This document shows positions 11,993 through 23,408 of a stretch of DNA of 33,609 nt, in pieces. This DNA comes from Neoconidiobolus thromboides FSU 785. Lineage: Eukaryota; Fungi; Entomophthoromycota. A model generated the notes under the pieces. That model was given only the letters and a program-made list of their open reading frames with translations, was not told the DNA's origin and did no database searches. The stretch is taken from contig MU626466.1 of NCBI GenBank assembly GCA_025603075.1, forward strand, positions 1 to 33,609. The letters run 5' to 3'. Positions within the stretch are counted from its first letter, which is position 1, and the number at the start of each line of letters is the position of its first letter. Position numbers and translations under genes: made by a program.

Positions 11993-12099
11993 ATTTGAGG
12001 ATGTATTTTTGTGTTTAAGAACTTTACTACCAAATTTTCCGCTCAAATAGTGCTTAAAAAATGGAAAAAATAATGAAGTCAAAAAAAACACTCACATTT
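11993..12099 (+). mobile_element. MITE copy 8 (ATTT direct flanks)
   Basis: ATTT-GAGGATGTATTTTTGTGTTTAAGAA...AAAAAAACACTCAC-ATTT. Confidence 0.9.
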
Positions 12100-12277
12100 C
12101 TTTATTTTATAAAATCAAACTTAATTTTAGAAATTTAATTTAATATATAGCTGAAAAATACTATGAGATTTAATTTAAAAAATGGCATACTGTCCTTATT
12201 TTAAAATTAGCCATTTTGAGAATAACTCTAAAAAATAAGGATTTGGTATTTTTTAACTCTTGTCTGTTAATTCAGTA

Positions 12278-12380
12278 ATATGTAGATATATTTGTGTTTA
12301 AGAGTACTAGGAATTTTTCTCCTCAGCAGAGTACTTAAAAGAAGGAAAAAGTGGTAAAGCCAAAAAAATATCCTCCATAT
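12278..12380 (+). mobile_element. MITE copy 9 (diverged)
   Basis: ATAT-GTAGATATATTTGTGTTTAAGAG...AGTACTTAAAAGAAGGAAAAAGTGGTAAAGCCAAAAAAATATCCTCC-ATAT. Confidence 0.8.
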
Positions 12381-12734
12381 GAAATTTAATAAAAAAATTA
12401 AAAAAATTATATTTAACCTTTGTTATATTAATTTATATTAATTATTAGTTATTATTTATTGATTATTATTCATTGCTACTTATTATTTATTATCATTTGT
12501 TATTTAAATGGCTTTATTAGCTCCAATATCTTTTGGTATTATTTTTTTGCCAAATAAACACTGCCTTAGGCAATTATTCTCTAAACATAATAGGCCTTTA
12601 TCGTCTTTCCATTGTATATTACATTGACTATTATCATTTTTAGTAAAAAGCACAAAATATTATATAAAGGTTCTTTATATTAAACTTTCTGGGTGGATGC
12701 TTAGATTGTTTAGCAAAGTACTAACCCGATTACT

Positions 12735-12841
12735 ATCTGGGGATGTACTTTTGTATTCAAGGATTTCACTAATAATTTTTCCACTGAAATAGCGCTTAAA
12801 AGATGGAAAAAGCAATAAAGCCAAAAAAAACATCTCCGTGT
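12735..12841 (+). mobile_element. MITE copy 10 (left arm of tail-to-tail doublet)
   Basis: GGGGATGTACTTTTG...TTTCCACTGAAATAGCGCTTAAAAGATGGAAAAAG...AAAACATCTCC, followed by the 4-bp spacer GTGT. Confidence 0.9.
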
Positions 12842-12942
12842 GGGACTGTTTTTTTTGGTTTCATTATTTTTCCATCTTTTAAGCGCTATTTCAGTGGAAA
12901 GATTGTAGTAAAATTCTTAAACAAAAAAACACATCCTCATGT
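12842..12942 (-). mobile_element. MITE copy 11 (right arm of tail-to-tail doublet)
   Basis: GGGACTGTTTTTTTTGGTTTC...TTTTTCCATCTTTTAAGCGCTATTTCAGTGGAAA...ACACATCCTC. Confidence 0.9.
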
Positions 12943-12962
12943 ATTGAATCATTTTATTTACC

Positions 12963-13001
12963 AAATTAAATTAAATTAAATTAAATTAAATTAAATTAAA
13001 T
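12963..13001. repeat. (TTAAA)n pentanucleotide microsatellite, about 7 units
   Basis: AAATTAAATTAAATTAAATTAAATTAAATTAAATTAAAT read directly. Confidence 0.9.
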
Positions 13002-15144
13002 ATCCAGTAATTAGATTAATAGTTTATTTGATGATATATGAATAACAAGTATTGAACTTTATAACTGTTATCTTTTTACTTTAATTGAAATGATATTAGT
13101 TCATAGTTTTATGATTCAGAGGAATTGTGAACTCTTTAGTTCGATTACTTCAAGAAGCGCCATAAAATACCTTCTGTGAGATCTACCTAACACTTGCAGA
13201 TACGAAGGGAGCACATTGTATCAATTCTTAAAAAACCCAGCTGATAAAAAAGATGAGATCCTGACTACAATCAATGGGTTGCTCTTAGAGTTCTGTATAC
13301 TGTTGACTAAAATTAAATATTTGGAAAGTGATAGTGTAATCTATGCAAATTATATTCTGTTTGGACCCCTCCAGTTTATTCAAAAAGTTTCAAATCTAAT
13401 TTTTGATAATATGCTTACAAACCACATAAACTCTTTGAAAAATTGGTTAGTACTATTAGTAGTTTTTATGCTATATTTATTACTTCTTTTGCACCTTAGT
13501 TTTATAAAATAAAATTTAAACTTATTGTAGGAGATAAGTATTTTGTTCTATTTATTAGTTTAATATTTGAAACTTTTATGCAAGATTCTTTTAATTTTAA
13601 ATGAAATTAATTTTATAATCGCAATTGTAATTATTTATAACATTAATCACATTGATCAAATTAATTTAACATTGAAAAATTAACTTATGAAATTTGCAAA
13701 GTTTATTTAGTTTTTAGTATCTTGGACTTGTGATTATAAATAGTTATCCCTGAAGCTTTGTCATTTTATAGAAATAGTATTAATAGCATTACTATGATTT
13801 CTATCTAATATTATCATTTGAATTTCATAAGTATTTTTAGTAAAAGTAGCTATTTTAGTTGTAATCTATTTTACTTATTTATTACGTGCTTACCTTTTTA
13901 ATACTCTCACTTATTTTAATCAAATTTTTAGACCATTATCAATAGAATATAATTTGTTGTATATAGACGTTGCTTTCTATTTATTAAATTTAATTTATGC
14001 TTACTTTTCTTGAAGATAAAAATAAGAATACAAATAATGTTCTTTCTTTTTTCATGGATAACAAACGAATATCAAGTTTAAGGTAATTACATAAATATCT
14101 TATTTGTCTATCTTGTTTATTGTAAAACCAAATTTTTTTGAGATAATATACAGATCATGAGATTTAGTAAAAAGAGATATCTTATAAGGTACCGGGGATT
14201 TTAGACTATCTTGAAACAAGATACCCAGAAAACGTGGTATTTCTAAAAAGCCAAACTTATACCAATATGCTAAAACAAAACTGAATTATCTTTGAGCCTT
14301 TATATTGTTTTGTAATAGTGGTTTTTACTCAATTATTGGGAGGGTAAAGATAAAAAGCATTTTTTTGCAAGAAATGAGTGTTATAGAATATTCAGAAAAA
14401 TTCGTTGATAGAAAAAAGGGTCTTTAAAGTCTGAGTAAAGTATTCCAAGTTTATTGAAATGAATTTGATTTCTGAAAATTAGAAATCAACTCAACGGCAC
14501 ATATAAGAGATTAGGTTAGAGATAGGGGCATGGGGTCAAACTTAGGAACTATTATGCCCTTATGTATAACCTATATTTTAACAGGAAACAAATAAAGTCT
14601 TGAAAATATTTGTAAAATTTTAATAAATTAAATAAAGATGATAAAAGCTATTAATAATAAATAAGTGGAAATTGTGTTTCCACAATAGGCAAAAAAGTGA
14701 AATTGAAAGGTGTCAGACAAGTGACTATTGGAGCAAAGTTATAGGTTATGAAGGAAACGGTGCCTTTTGAAATTCATCCCTTTTAATAAAGGTGGACAAA
14801 ACATAATAAAGTATAATTTATTTCATTTGTTGAAAAGTTTATTGAATGATAATTCTAAAAAAGAAGAGTATACATTGTAATTAATTAAAATTTAAAAGTG
14901 TACTTAAATAAGTACAATAGATGTTTAATAATTTAAAGAATTACTAAAGAGTTTATCAGCTCGCAATTGTTTGTCATTGAGAATAACTAAAATTCGATAA
15001 AGGAGAACAAGAAGTAAGAGTGTAAAGGGGTAACGCAATGAAAACCTGCTTCTAAATTTACAATGTAGTTACTGATTTAAGCCTAGCTAATGAGCCATTA
15101 ATAATTGAAATACTGATAAGCATACAAAATTTGTTGTTTACGCA

Positions 15145-16383
15145 TTATACTTTAATCCAATCTAACATAGGAATATTCTCCATTTTATTACGCATATCAA
15201 TATCCAAATAACTAAAAGACGCAATTAGCAATAATGGAGTGGTGAGATGATATTTAATTATAGTATCACCATAAGCTCTAAGTCTGAAGCTTTTAATATT
15301 GATGGACTCAAGATTTGGAAACAATGTCAAAAAGCGTAATAATTCATTGATAGTACCATCAAAAAGTTTGACTGTCATTTTGGTTATATATAGGCATTTA
15401 TATGAGTAAATTTCTTCTCTATCAAGGCCGATTGAACAGATAAGATCAAAAGAAATGTATTGAATATTTGGCAGATCACTAAGGGTTTTTAATGATTCTT
15501 CCGATAAATACTTTGTATAAATCTTTTTTAAGCTAGATAGTTTTATATAGCTACTATTGAATGCATCGCTTGAATAAAAATAACCCAAACCAATAAGCTT
15601 GCTCTTTTCAAGCGCTATCAACTCGCTCTTTTTCTCTTTAAAAATGCTTAATAAATTTTTTAACTTTATACTTTTGAGCTTTCCCAAATCTCCGAAGTAT
15701 TTAAGATCAAAACCATATCCAGGTATTCCGCCTACTATCAAATCTAAATTGGCACTAAAACTTAACTTTGGGTCAGGCTTCGTAGGCATGTTGATGGTTC
15801 TGCATGATAGACATAGGAGATTTAGTTTCTTGTATTTTGACTTAATAATATCTAATCCATCAAGGCTTACCATGTTAAAATTAAACGTTAATGACTTTAA
15901 TCTACTCGGAGAAAAATAATTAATAACTTCTTTAACACTGATGCTATCTCCTGCAATTTCTATAGTTTCTATTTGTTCCAAATAATCTTTAAATAACTCC
16001 AAAGCTTGGATAGGGTAAGCTGAACGGATACTTAATTTTTTGAGTTCTGGCAACTTAATTTCTATTTTATTATTGATGCCACTATTCATATAACTGTAGC
16101 CTATCGACTGTATATTAGGGCAGTTTTTTATCGTTTTTATCGTTTCTTCAGTTATATACATATGTCTCATTAACGGCCCGTTATTTTTAATAAAAACTTG
16201 TTGAGCGGATTCATAGTTTGTATTAGTATACATTGAATGGCTTGCATTACATTTAATCACATCGTTTACAATCTTATGTAAATATTTATTTAAAAAGAGT
16301 AGCTCTGGTAGCTGTACTGAATATAATAATTTGAATATGTTTTCCAATACAACTATTGGTAAGTAATCGAATTGCTGAGACAT
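15145..16383 (-). CDS. F-box-like / RNI-like LRR protein (412 aa), intronless
   Basis: Long ORF. N-terminal FDYLPIVVLENIFKLL..ELLFLNK resembles an F-box. The rest has repeated LPELKKLSI, YKKLNLLCL, LSDLPNIQYISF, FPNLESINI LRR-like units. No domain search was run. Confidence 0.7.
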   Translation of the reverse strand: MSQQFDYLPIVVLENIFKLLYSVQLPELLFLNKYLHKIVNDVIKCNASHSMYTNTNYESAQQVFIKNNGPLMRHMYITEETIKTIKNCPNIQSIGYSYMNSGINNKIEIKLPELKKLSIRSAYPIQALELFKDYLEQIETIEIAGDSISVKEVINYFSPSRLKSLTFNFNMVSLDGLDIIKSKYKKLNLLCLSCRTINMPTKPDPKLSFSANLDLIVGGIPGYGFDLKYFGDLGKLKSIKLKNLLSIFKEKKSELIALEKSKLIGLGYFYSSDAFNSSYIKLSSLKKIYTKYLSEESLKTLSDLPNIQYISFDLICSIGLDREEIYSYKCLYITKMTVKLFDGTINELLRFLTLFPNLESINIKSFRLRAYGDTIIKYHLTTPLLLIASFSYLDIDMRNKMENIPMLDWIKV

Positions 16384-17343
16384 TTATGTAATTTAATTCA
16401 AAAGAAAGTAAAAAAGCAATTTGCTTTTTTTAGCTTTTTGATTTAAATGTTCCATCATCAATCACTAATAAATCAGCATTAAATAATTGGTTGATTGAAG
16501 CTTAAATTTAAAAATAAGAACATTTTGATGAGACTGTAATTAGTCTACTATAATAATTAATTGTTTTTATCTTTTATATTTTTTATTATGAAAAAATAGC
16601 ACAGATCAACTTATACATTATAATACTTTATAACGATAGCTTGAAAACTAGCTAACAATTATTTGTAAAAATTTCTTATTAGTTTAATTTGAAATTTATA
16701 ACTTTTTAGTAACAGAGTTAAACTTAAGAACCAATGTAAGGATATAAATATATTGCTCAATTGCTAACGATTTCTCATAACTGTACGCAATCTAATAAAG
16801 AGTTTGAACTCTCATACTAGTTCACAAGATCAAACTTATATTAACTGAGTTTAAATTGAAATAGCGAGGATTTTCTTGTAGTTACCCTGAGCTTTCAAAA
16901 TCTACTACTGTCCAAAGCTATAAACATTTAAATTTTAAAGTAAGCTAATGTATTATATTATTATATAATTTTTATAGCAGTCTAATAGTTTTTCAGCTAA
17001 ATAGACGATAGTAAGCTAACATTTAAAAAAGAACAGTTATTATTATATTCCTAAGTGAAAGTATGGTTTTAAACTTAGATTTAATTTACAAAAGGAGGGT
17101 AGTTTTTTTATATTAAATTTAGCTTGATTTTTAAAACATTGATCTATTTGAAGTAATGAAAATTGACCTTTTTATAAAAAATATGGTTTATTACTTGTTA
17201 TATTGAGCTAAGTTTGATAAAAATTGATAAAAGTCAATTAGCATCAAACCGAAACTACTATAAATAGATTAAAAACTATTAGTATAATCAAAACATAAAT
17301 ATAACAGAAATATAATAGAAATATAATATTTAATAAATGAATG

Positions 17344-17382
17344 TTAAATATTAAATATTAAATATTAAATATTAAATATTAA
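17344..17382. repeat. (TTAAATA)n 7-bp tandem repeat, about 5.5 units
   Basis: TTAAATATTAAATATTAAATATTAAATATTAAATATTAA read directly. Confidence 0.9.
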
Positions 17383-17904
17383 TAGTTTATTTTGTTAGTT
17401 TTCTTTAATCGTTTATTAAATAATAATTAGTTGGATCAATTTTAATTTGCTAATAAAATACCAAAAGCAGGATAATTTAATAAGCTTATTTTCTAACTAG
17501 AAACATTCAAAGCCAAGCCGAATTATTTTGAGTCATAAAAACCACAAAATAAATCTTTTAAGCCCATAGATTTAATTTTCAACTTATGCTTTGAGTTTAA
17601 AATACAAGTTCATTAAAAGATGACGTTGATTTCAGCAAATCAATGGTTTATTTTTAGTTGAAATGACTAAAAATAGTTTTTAAGCATGGAGTATGATGCA
17701 GCTAACCGTCATAAAATTTCATGTTTTTTCATTGCCATCAATTTAATAAAGATTTCCAATAAAGCTATTTATCATGATATTACTCCAGTAACAACCCCAC
17801 AAAAAAAGGTTTAAATAAAGAAAAAGTTCAATTTACTCTTTTAATTTTTTATTTAATTTCAAAATAGAAGTTTATTATCTATTTAATTTTTCATTAATTA
17901 AAGT

Positions 17905-19416
17905 ATGTTGTTCGCTGCTTTACTTTCATTTGCCTATTTCTCTACCACCTTAGCTTTAGATCCAATTGTGACTAAAGGCAATAAATTTTTTAATGGTAAG
18001 ACAGGAAATCAATTTTTCTTTAAAGGAGTATGTTATCAACCACGAGGTAACCCAAGCTCCAAAGATGAAATCAGCGATCCATTAGCAGATTCATCCGCTT
18101 GTAAACGCGATATAGAATATCTTAAGGATTTAGGTATTAATACAATTCGAGTTTATGAAGTGGATCCAACCAAGAATCATGATGATTGTATGAAATTATT
18201 AGAACAAAATAACATTTATGTAGCTCTTGATTTACCCGTACCAAAATACTCAATCAATCGTGCAGACCCTAGTTATACTTTAGACATATTAAATCATTAT
18301 AAACAGAATGTAGATGCCTTTATAAAATATACTAATATTGCTGTTTTTTTCGCCGGTAATGAAATTAATAACAATGTAACTAATACCAATGCCAATCCCT
18401 TCGTAAAAGCTGCTTTACGTGATATCAAAGCTTATCTCAAAGCCAAGGGTAGTAAAATACCAGTAGGGTATGCTAACAATGATGATACAAAAACACGTCA
18501 AAATATTCAAAAGTATTTTAACTGTGGTAAAGATGAAGAAAGAGCTGATTTTTATGCTATTAATGTATATGCTTGGTGTAATTCCCCATCATTTCAAAAA
18601 TCTGGTTACGCTGAATTAGCTAAAGAACTTCAAGGTTATTCCCTTCCCATCTTTTTCTCCGAATTTGGTTGTAATACTGTACGTCCACGCCAATTTGTAG
18701 ATGAAGTAAATGCAATGTGGGGTCCAGATATGAATGAAATTTTCTCTGGTGGTTTAATGTACGAATATTCCGAAGAAGATAACAATTATGGTATTGTAAA
18801 AATTAACTCTGGTTCAGCTCAAAAAATGGACCCTGAATTTGATAATTTAAAGAAAGCATATGCAGGTGTAAGTGATCCAAGTCTTAAGATGGATTCTTAT
18901 TCAGCTAATGGAAGTGCTGACTCTTGTCCTTCAGGAGGAGATGACTGGAAAGCTTCTTCTAACTTACCAACTACCCCATCCGAAAAAGCATGCTCTTGTA
19001 TGACTTCCAAATTATCTTGTGTTTTAAGTAAAGGATTCGATTTAACCGATGGTACTAAAGTATCCACTTTATTTAACTATGTATGCTCTAACGGTGCTGA
19101 TTGTGCCAAATATATTGGTGCTGATGGAGAAAAGGGTGTTTATGGTCCATTCTCTGGTTGCAGTTTAGAACAAAAACTTAGTTGGGGTTTAGATGCTGCC
19201 TACAAGGCAGCTGGTTCTAACTCTGACGCTTGTACTGCTAATGGTAACGGTATGACTCAATCTGCTGCTTCAGGTTCTATTGATGATTGTGCTTCAATTA
19301 AAGCTGATATCACTGAAGGTGGTTCTAAAAACTCAAGTGCTTCTTACAGCCAGGTATCTTTGAATTTGAGCATTCTGCTTTCTATTACCTTCTTTGCCTT
19401 AAATACATCATATTAA
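17905..19416 (+). CDS. GAS1: GH72 beta-1,3-glucanosyltransferase (Gas/Gel/Phr family) with X8/CBM43 domain and GPI signal
   Basis: Signal peptide; FFFKGVCYQP, LGINTIRVY, catalytic FAGNEI and FFSEFGC, SGGLMYEY; Cys-rich CSC...C...C...GC..EQKLSW...AC box; hydrophobic C-terminal tail. The symbol is family-level. Confidence 0.95.
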   Translation: MLFAALLSFAYFSTTLALDPIVTKGNKFFNGKTGNQFFFKGVCYQPRGNPSSKDEISDPLADSSACKRDIEYLKDLGINTIRVYEVDPTKNHDDCMKLLEQNNIYVALDLPVPKYSINRADPSYTLDILNHYKQNVDAFIKYTNIAVFFAGNEINNNVTNTNANPFVKAALRDIKAYLKAKGSKIPVGYANNDDTKTRQNIQKYFNCGKDEERADFYAINVYAWCNSPSFQKSGYAELAKELQGYSLPIFFSEFGCNTVRPRQFVDEVNAMWGPDMNEIFSGGLMYEYSEEDNNYGIVKINSGSAQKMDPEFDNLKKAYAGVSDPSLKMDSYSANGSADSCPSGGDDWKASSNLPTTPSEKACSCMTSKLSCVLSKGFDLTDGTKVSTLFNYVCSNGADCAKYIGADGEKGVYGPFSGCSLEQKLSWGLDAAYKAAGSNSDACTANGNGMTQSAASGSIDDCASIKADITEGGSKNSSASYSQVSLNLSILLSITFFALNTSY

Positions 19417-19477
19417 TCATTTAATAAAATTTAATATGCTTTTATCTGATATAAATTTATTTTTAAAACAATATAGA

Positions 19478-20319
19478 CTAATTATAAGATTTCCCGAAAT
19501 TATCATAAAGAGTTTCCATTGAGTTAAACCATGTTAATAAAGCTTTATCTTCATTCTCAGTTATCAAAGCATGGAAAGTATCTGGGGAAGGAAGATAAAC
19601 CCACTTTAAATGGCCATACAGAAGGTAATCAGAATAGGTAACTAAAGAATTATTTACTCTAATAAAATGAGATTATGAAAAATTTACCGCTATCACCTTC
19701 TAAAAATTTCGAATTTTTTAAAACTTGAGTAAAAGGAACTAAAAGCTTTTTAGCTTTATTCAAGCTTTCTTCTCTATCTTTACCAAATTCTTCTAAAGTG
19801 CATTCCAGATATTTTTCTCTAGTTTCTCTAAAATATTGTTTATCGTCTTCATTTTTTAAGAATTTATAGCAGTCAAATAAAATTAATTGAAATAATGGAA
19901 AAAACTGATTAAGATAATTATGTGTGAAGATACTGAAATTTTTTCCATTAGGATAAATTGGGTTTTCTGGATATTCACGTTCAACATGTTCAATTATATC
20001 TTTACTATTATAGATGACTTTACCATCATCAAATTCTACTACTGGCACTAATTCCCATTTTCCATCTCTTAGTAAAAAAATAAAATCAATTAAACTAACA
20101 AAAGGAATTGAATTACGTCAACTTGAATATACTCTCTTTTATCTGAGTAAATCTTAAACCGATATGCTCAAATTTTATATTCTATTAATATATTAATTGA
20201 TATTTAGCTTATATTATTTATTATTTTACTTTATGCCTTAGTACCATCAATACTCTCCATGCAAAAGGACTAAAATGTTTTCCATTCTCAGCATTAACTA
20301 AATCATATACTTTGACCAT
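19478..20319 (-). CDS. Glutathione S-transferase-like protein (LigE/beta-etherase-like fungal type), 4 exons
   Basis: Exons 20319-20230, 20181-20117, 20067-19688 and 19641-19478 splice in frame: MVKVYDL...FSPFAWRVLMVLRHKNIKFE...WELVPVVEFDDGKVIYNSKDIIEHVEREYP...FLEGDSVTYSDYLLYG...LLTWFNSM. Intron 2 uses an AAG acceptor. Confidence 0.85.
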
Positions 20320-20499
20320 TATTGTTAAGTTACTTTGATATTGGAATATTTAATTGAATTCAATATTTAAAAGAATAAAAGACAATATTTAATTTTTCAT
20401 CGCTTTATCGCAATCGCTTACGTCATATATATTTTAATGCCTATAAACCGATAATGTTTGAGGATTGTGTCTATTTCGACAAATATTACATTGACTAAG

Positions 20500-21350
20500 T
20501 TATTAGTTTATTATAATAATTAAATATTGAAAAATACTGAGTTTAAATTTATTCAAACTCTAATTATTCAAAATAGGCCTATTCTCGATGTTACACGTTA
20601 TAGCTCACTCTTTGATAGGAAAAATGAACATGCAAGCAAAAAAATATTCAATAATTTGATAAAATTGTTTCAACTTTCGAATATAGTTGTTAAGAAATGT
20701 ACAAGTTTTTGAAATATTTTTCGGCAATTATTTGTTTAATTGGTTTTCTTAAACTGAATTTCTAGCACTTTAGGTAAATTTGTGTTTAAAATACCATTCT
20801 TAAATGAACAGTTATGTAAGGCGCACTTAAACTTAAACTTAAACATAGTAAAACGAATTCTAATAAAAAAATCAAATTGAATTAAAAAGTAGATTAAATA
20901 GTTCTTAAAGGACAGGTGGTTTAAATGTTTTACAATATAATAAATGTTACTTGGGAATTTTAAATCTGAATTATTATAGTTAATTTGCAACTGTTTTATG
21001 TTTATTTATTTATTTTTGTTTTTACGTTTAAAAGTTTTGTTGATAATCTTTATAGCAACGGATTGATCCTTCATCAAAAGGAATTTTTATTCCAACACTT
21101 GTTTTCCTTATTTATTTTTTCTACAAGTTACTATATACATAACATTCAGTAGTTTGTTTTTAATTATTCGAATATTGTTATAGTTTGGTTTAGATTTTTG
21201 GATTCGTCTATATGTATAAATTGCTTTTTAAGAACCATAATATATTCGATAAAATCTAAGTATTCATCTTTCATTAAATTAAATTAGATATTTGAATAAC
21301 AATAACACCAACAATGATAACTATACCATTTTTTAATAAAGATTTTTTTT
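20500..21350 (-). pseudogene. Possible decayed LRR/RNI-like gene
   Basis: Minus-frame fragments such as KHLNHLSF, CALHNCSFKNGILNTNLPKVLEIQF and YFKNLYI, broken by stops and frameshifts. Boundaries are approximate. Confidence 0.3.
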
Positions 21351-21581
21351 TAAAAAAATTAATCAACTTAAAATAGAAGAGATATTCTCAATATGTAGTT
21401 TTATGTATTAGATTACTTTTCATCTCAAGCCAAAACTCCAAACTTATTTAGCAATAATGAACGGTTATCTAAACAGTCTGATATGGATATTTATATAGTT
21501 GAGTTGCAATGTATTATAGTATAAAATGCGAAGTATTTCATATAACAACAATTTTAAAAATAAATTTATTAAGGAATAAAA

Positions 21582-21685
21582 AATTGGGGGTGTTTTCTTT
21601 GATTTCGTTATTTTTCCTTTTTAAGCGCTATTTGAGCAGAAAATTTATTAGTAAAACTCTTAAACACAAAAATACATCTCTAATT
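21582..21685 (-). mobile_element. MITE copy 12 (AATT direct flanks)
   Basis: AATT-GGGGGTGTTTTCTTTGATTTC...AAGCGCTATTTGAGCAGAAAATTTATTAGTAAAACTCTTAAACACAAAAATACATCTCT-AATT. Confidence 0.88.
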
Positions 21686-21925
21686 GTTCTATGAGCCTTT
21701 TTAGGTTTAAATTGTTAACATAGAACTAGCTTCAAAGTGGAATTATGTAACATTGTTCAAAGATAATAGTTACTTTATGTCATCCTAATAAGTTGTTATT
21801 TAAAAATCAAGAACCCAATAATGGAAAATGGTATATAAAAAACCTCAAGATTATTGTTTTAATTACATTAAACTTAAACTAATACTCATACTCCTTAATA
21901 ATTTAACTAATTTCATATTGATAAA

Positions 21926-22273
21926 ATGAAAACCTTGATTGTTGTATTAGCTTTAGCCCCATTGGTCTCCTCCAGTTTTATAACTAATAACTCACCCCGA
22001 TTTATTGATACTGTTATAGAGGGAGTTAAAGGAATAGGTAGTTTGATTCATGATAGAGTAGTTGCTGATAGATCCTACTGCCTTAATAGTGACAATATGA
22101 TATCGAGAGATATGACTAAAAAATGCTGTAGCGACATTTATAAAGGTGGGAACCTCATTCATTTTAACGAGTTAGAATTCTTTTGTTCTTTTGGTGATGA
22201 TCGCTTGAAAGGATGCTGTGAAGAAAACAATTTATCTTTCTGTAAAGGCGAATGTAAAGACAGAAAGTTTTAA
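21926..22273 (+). CDS. Small secreted cysteine-rich protein A (115 aa, 8 Cys)
   Basis: Signal-peptide-like MKTLIVVLALAPLVSSS; C-X14-CC-X18-C-X9-CC-X7-C-X3-C; two adjacent paralogs support coding status. Confidence 0.85.
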   Translation: MKTLIVVLALAPLVSSSFITNNSPRFIDTVIEGVKGIGSLIHDRVVADRSYCLNSDNMISRDMTKKCCSDIYKGGNLIHFNELEFFCSFGDDRLKGCCEENNLSFCKGECKDRKF

Positions 22274-22881
22274 TAAACCATTTTGCTTATTTATTATGTT
22301 TTTCACATTTAAAAATATAAAAAGCCATTAAACATTTTCATTAAATATTTGATATATAAAGTGTTAACCCGCTTTAGAAATTTTACAACATATTTAAATT
22401 AAATCCGAGTATATGTCTATAAGTATATTAGTTAGGCATTTGATTATGTGAAATGCTATTTATAAAAATCACGACACTTTAATCAAATTTTGATGACGGT
22501 TTTTATAATCCAATCATAGTCTTAATAGTGTTTTTAATATATGACTTTGATATATTGAATTGACTTCCTCATGGAATAGAGATGATGTCATTTGTTTTAT
22601 GAAGGTATTATAAGTGTTGTTTGAACATCTTACTATTAAAATAGTATGTAAAGTTGAACACAATATAATTTTTAATTTAACTTAAATATTTTACATAGCA
22701 ACAATTCTTAAGTAAACATATTAAATATTAAAACTATTCTACAAGCTTTTTTGAGCATAAAATAACAACACAAAAGCATCTTCGACCCATAAACTATAAT
22801 ACTATCAAAGCTAATGCTAAATTCTATAATATTTCAATATATTTCTATTTGAAGCTTAAGGACTTAATTACAAGGAATACT

Positions 22882-22984
22882 ATATGGGGCTATTTTTTTT
22901 GGTTTCGTTATTTTTCCATTTTAAGCGCTATTTGAGCGGAAAGATTGTAGCAAGATTCTTAAACAAAAAAATATATCCCCATAT
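22882..22984 (-). mobile_element. MITE copy 13
   Basis: ATAT-GGGGCTATTTTTTTTGGTTTC...ATATATCCCC-ATAT. Confidence 0.92.
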
Positions 22985-23071
22985 AAATAACCTTAAGCCA
23001 TCGTGTTGACTGTTTCGAATTTTTACAAGTAATTCCAATAATTTCAATAGTTGACATGAATTAATAATGAT

Positions 23072-23408
23072 ATGGAATTCTCTGTCCTTTTATTAGCTTT
23101 ACTTTTATTAACGTCCTCACGCTTTATAACTAAAGGCATACTGAGATTTGTTCAAGATCTTCGCAATGTAGCCATAGAAAGTAGGAAACTTACTCATCGT
23201 AAATTAGTTACTGATAGATCTTACTGCTTTGGAAGCGACAATAAAATAATAAGGGATTTTACTAAAAAAGTTGTAGTGATACTTACAAACGTGACGATTT
23301 GATCCACTTTAATGAATTGGAGTTTTTCTGCTCTTGAGATGATGACTATTTAAAGAGAAATTATGAAAAAATAATTGATCATTCTGTGAAGGTGAATGTA
23401 CTCAATAA
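23072..23408 (+). pseudogene. Small secreted cysteine-rich protein B, frameshifted pseudogene
   Basis: Aligns to paralog A (VVTDRSYCFGSDNKIIRDFTKK). After a frameshift it reads CSDTYKRDDLIHFNELEFFCS*DDD, and after another frameshift N*SFCEGECTQ*. Confidence 0.85.

Noticed and set aside
13100-13700. 98-aa plus ORF and weak LRR-like fragments on the minus strand
   Set aside because: The plus ORF starts at a non-ATG codon and has no motif. The minus fragments are too weak to call.
14188-14440. Mitochondrial-code (TGA=Trp) ORF or NUMT
   Set aside because: Only about 83 codons, bounded by TAA, with no recognisable mitochondrial or homing-endonuclease motif.
15599-15919. 106-aa plus ORF
   Set aside because: Antisense shadow of the F-box/LRR gene.
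12943-21581. 8.6-kb stretch without MITE copies
   Set aside because: A large part is coding, and the gap is compatible with random placement given only 17 copies.
21509-21694. 61-aa plus ORF
   Set aside because: Runs through MITE copy 12. Its LFKRYLS motif recurs only because the repeat recurs.
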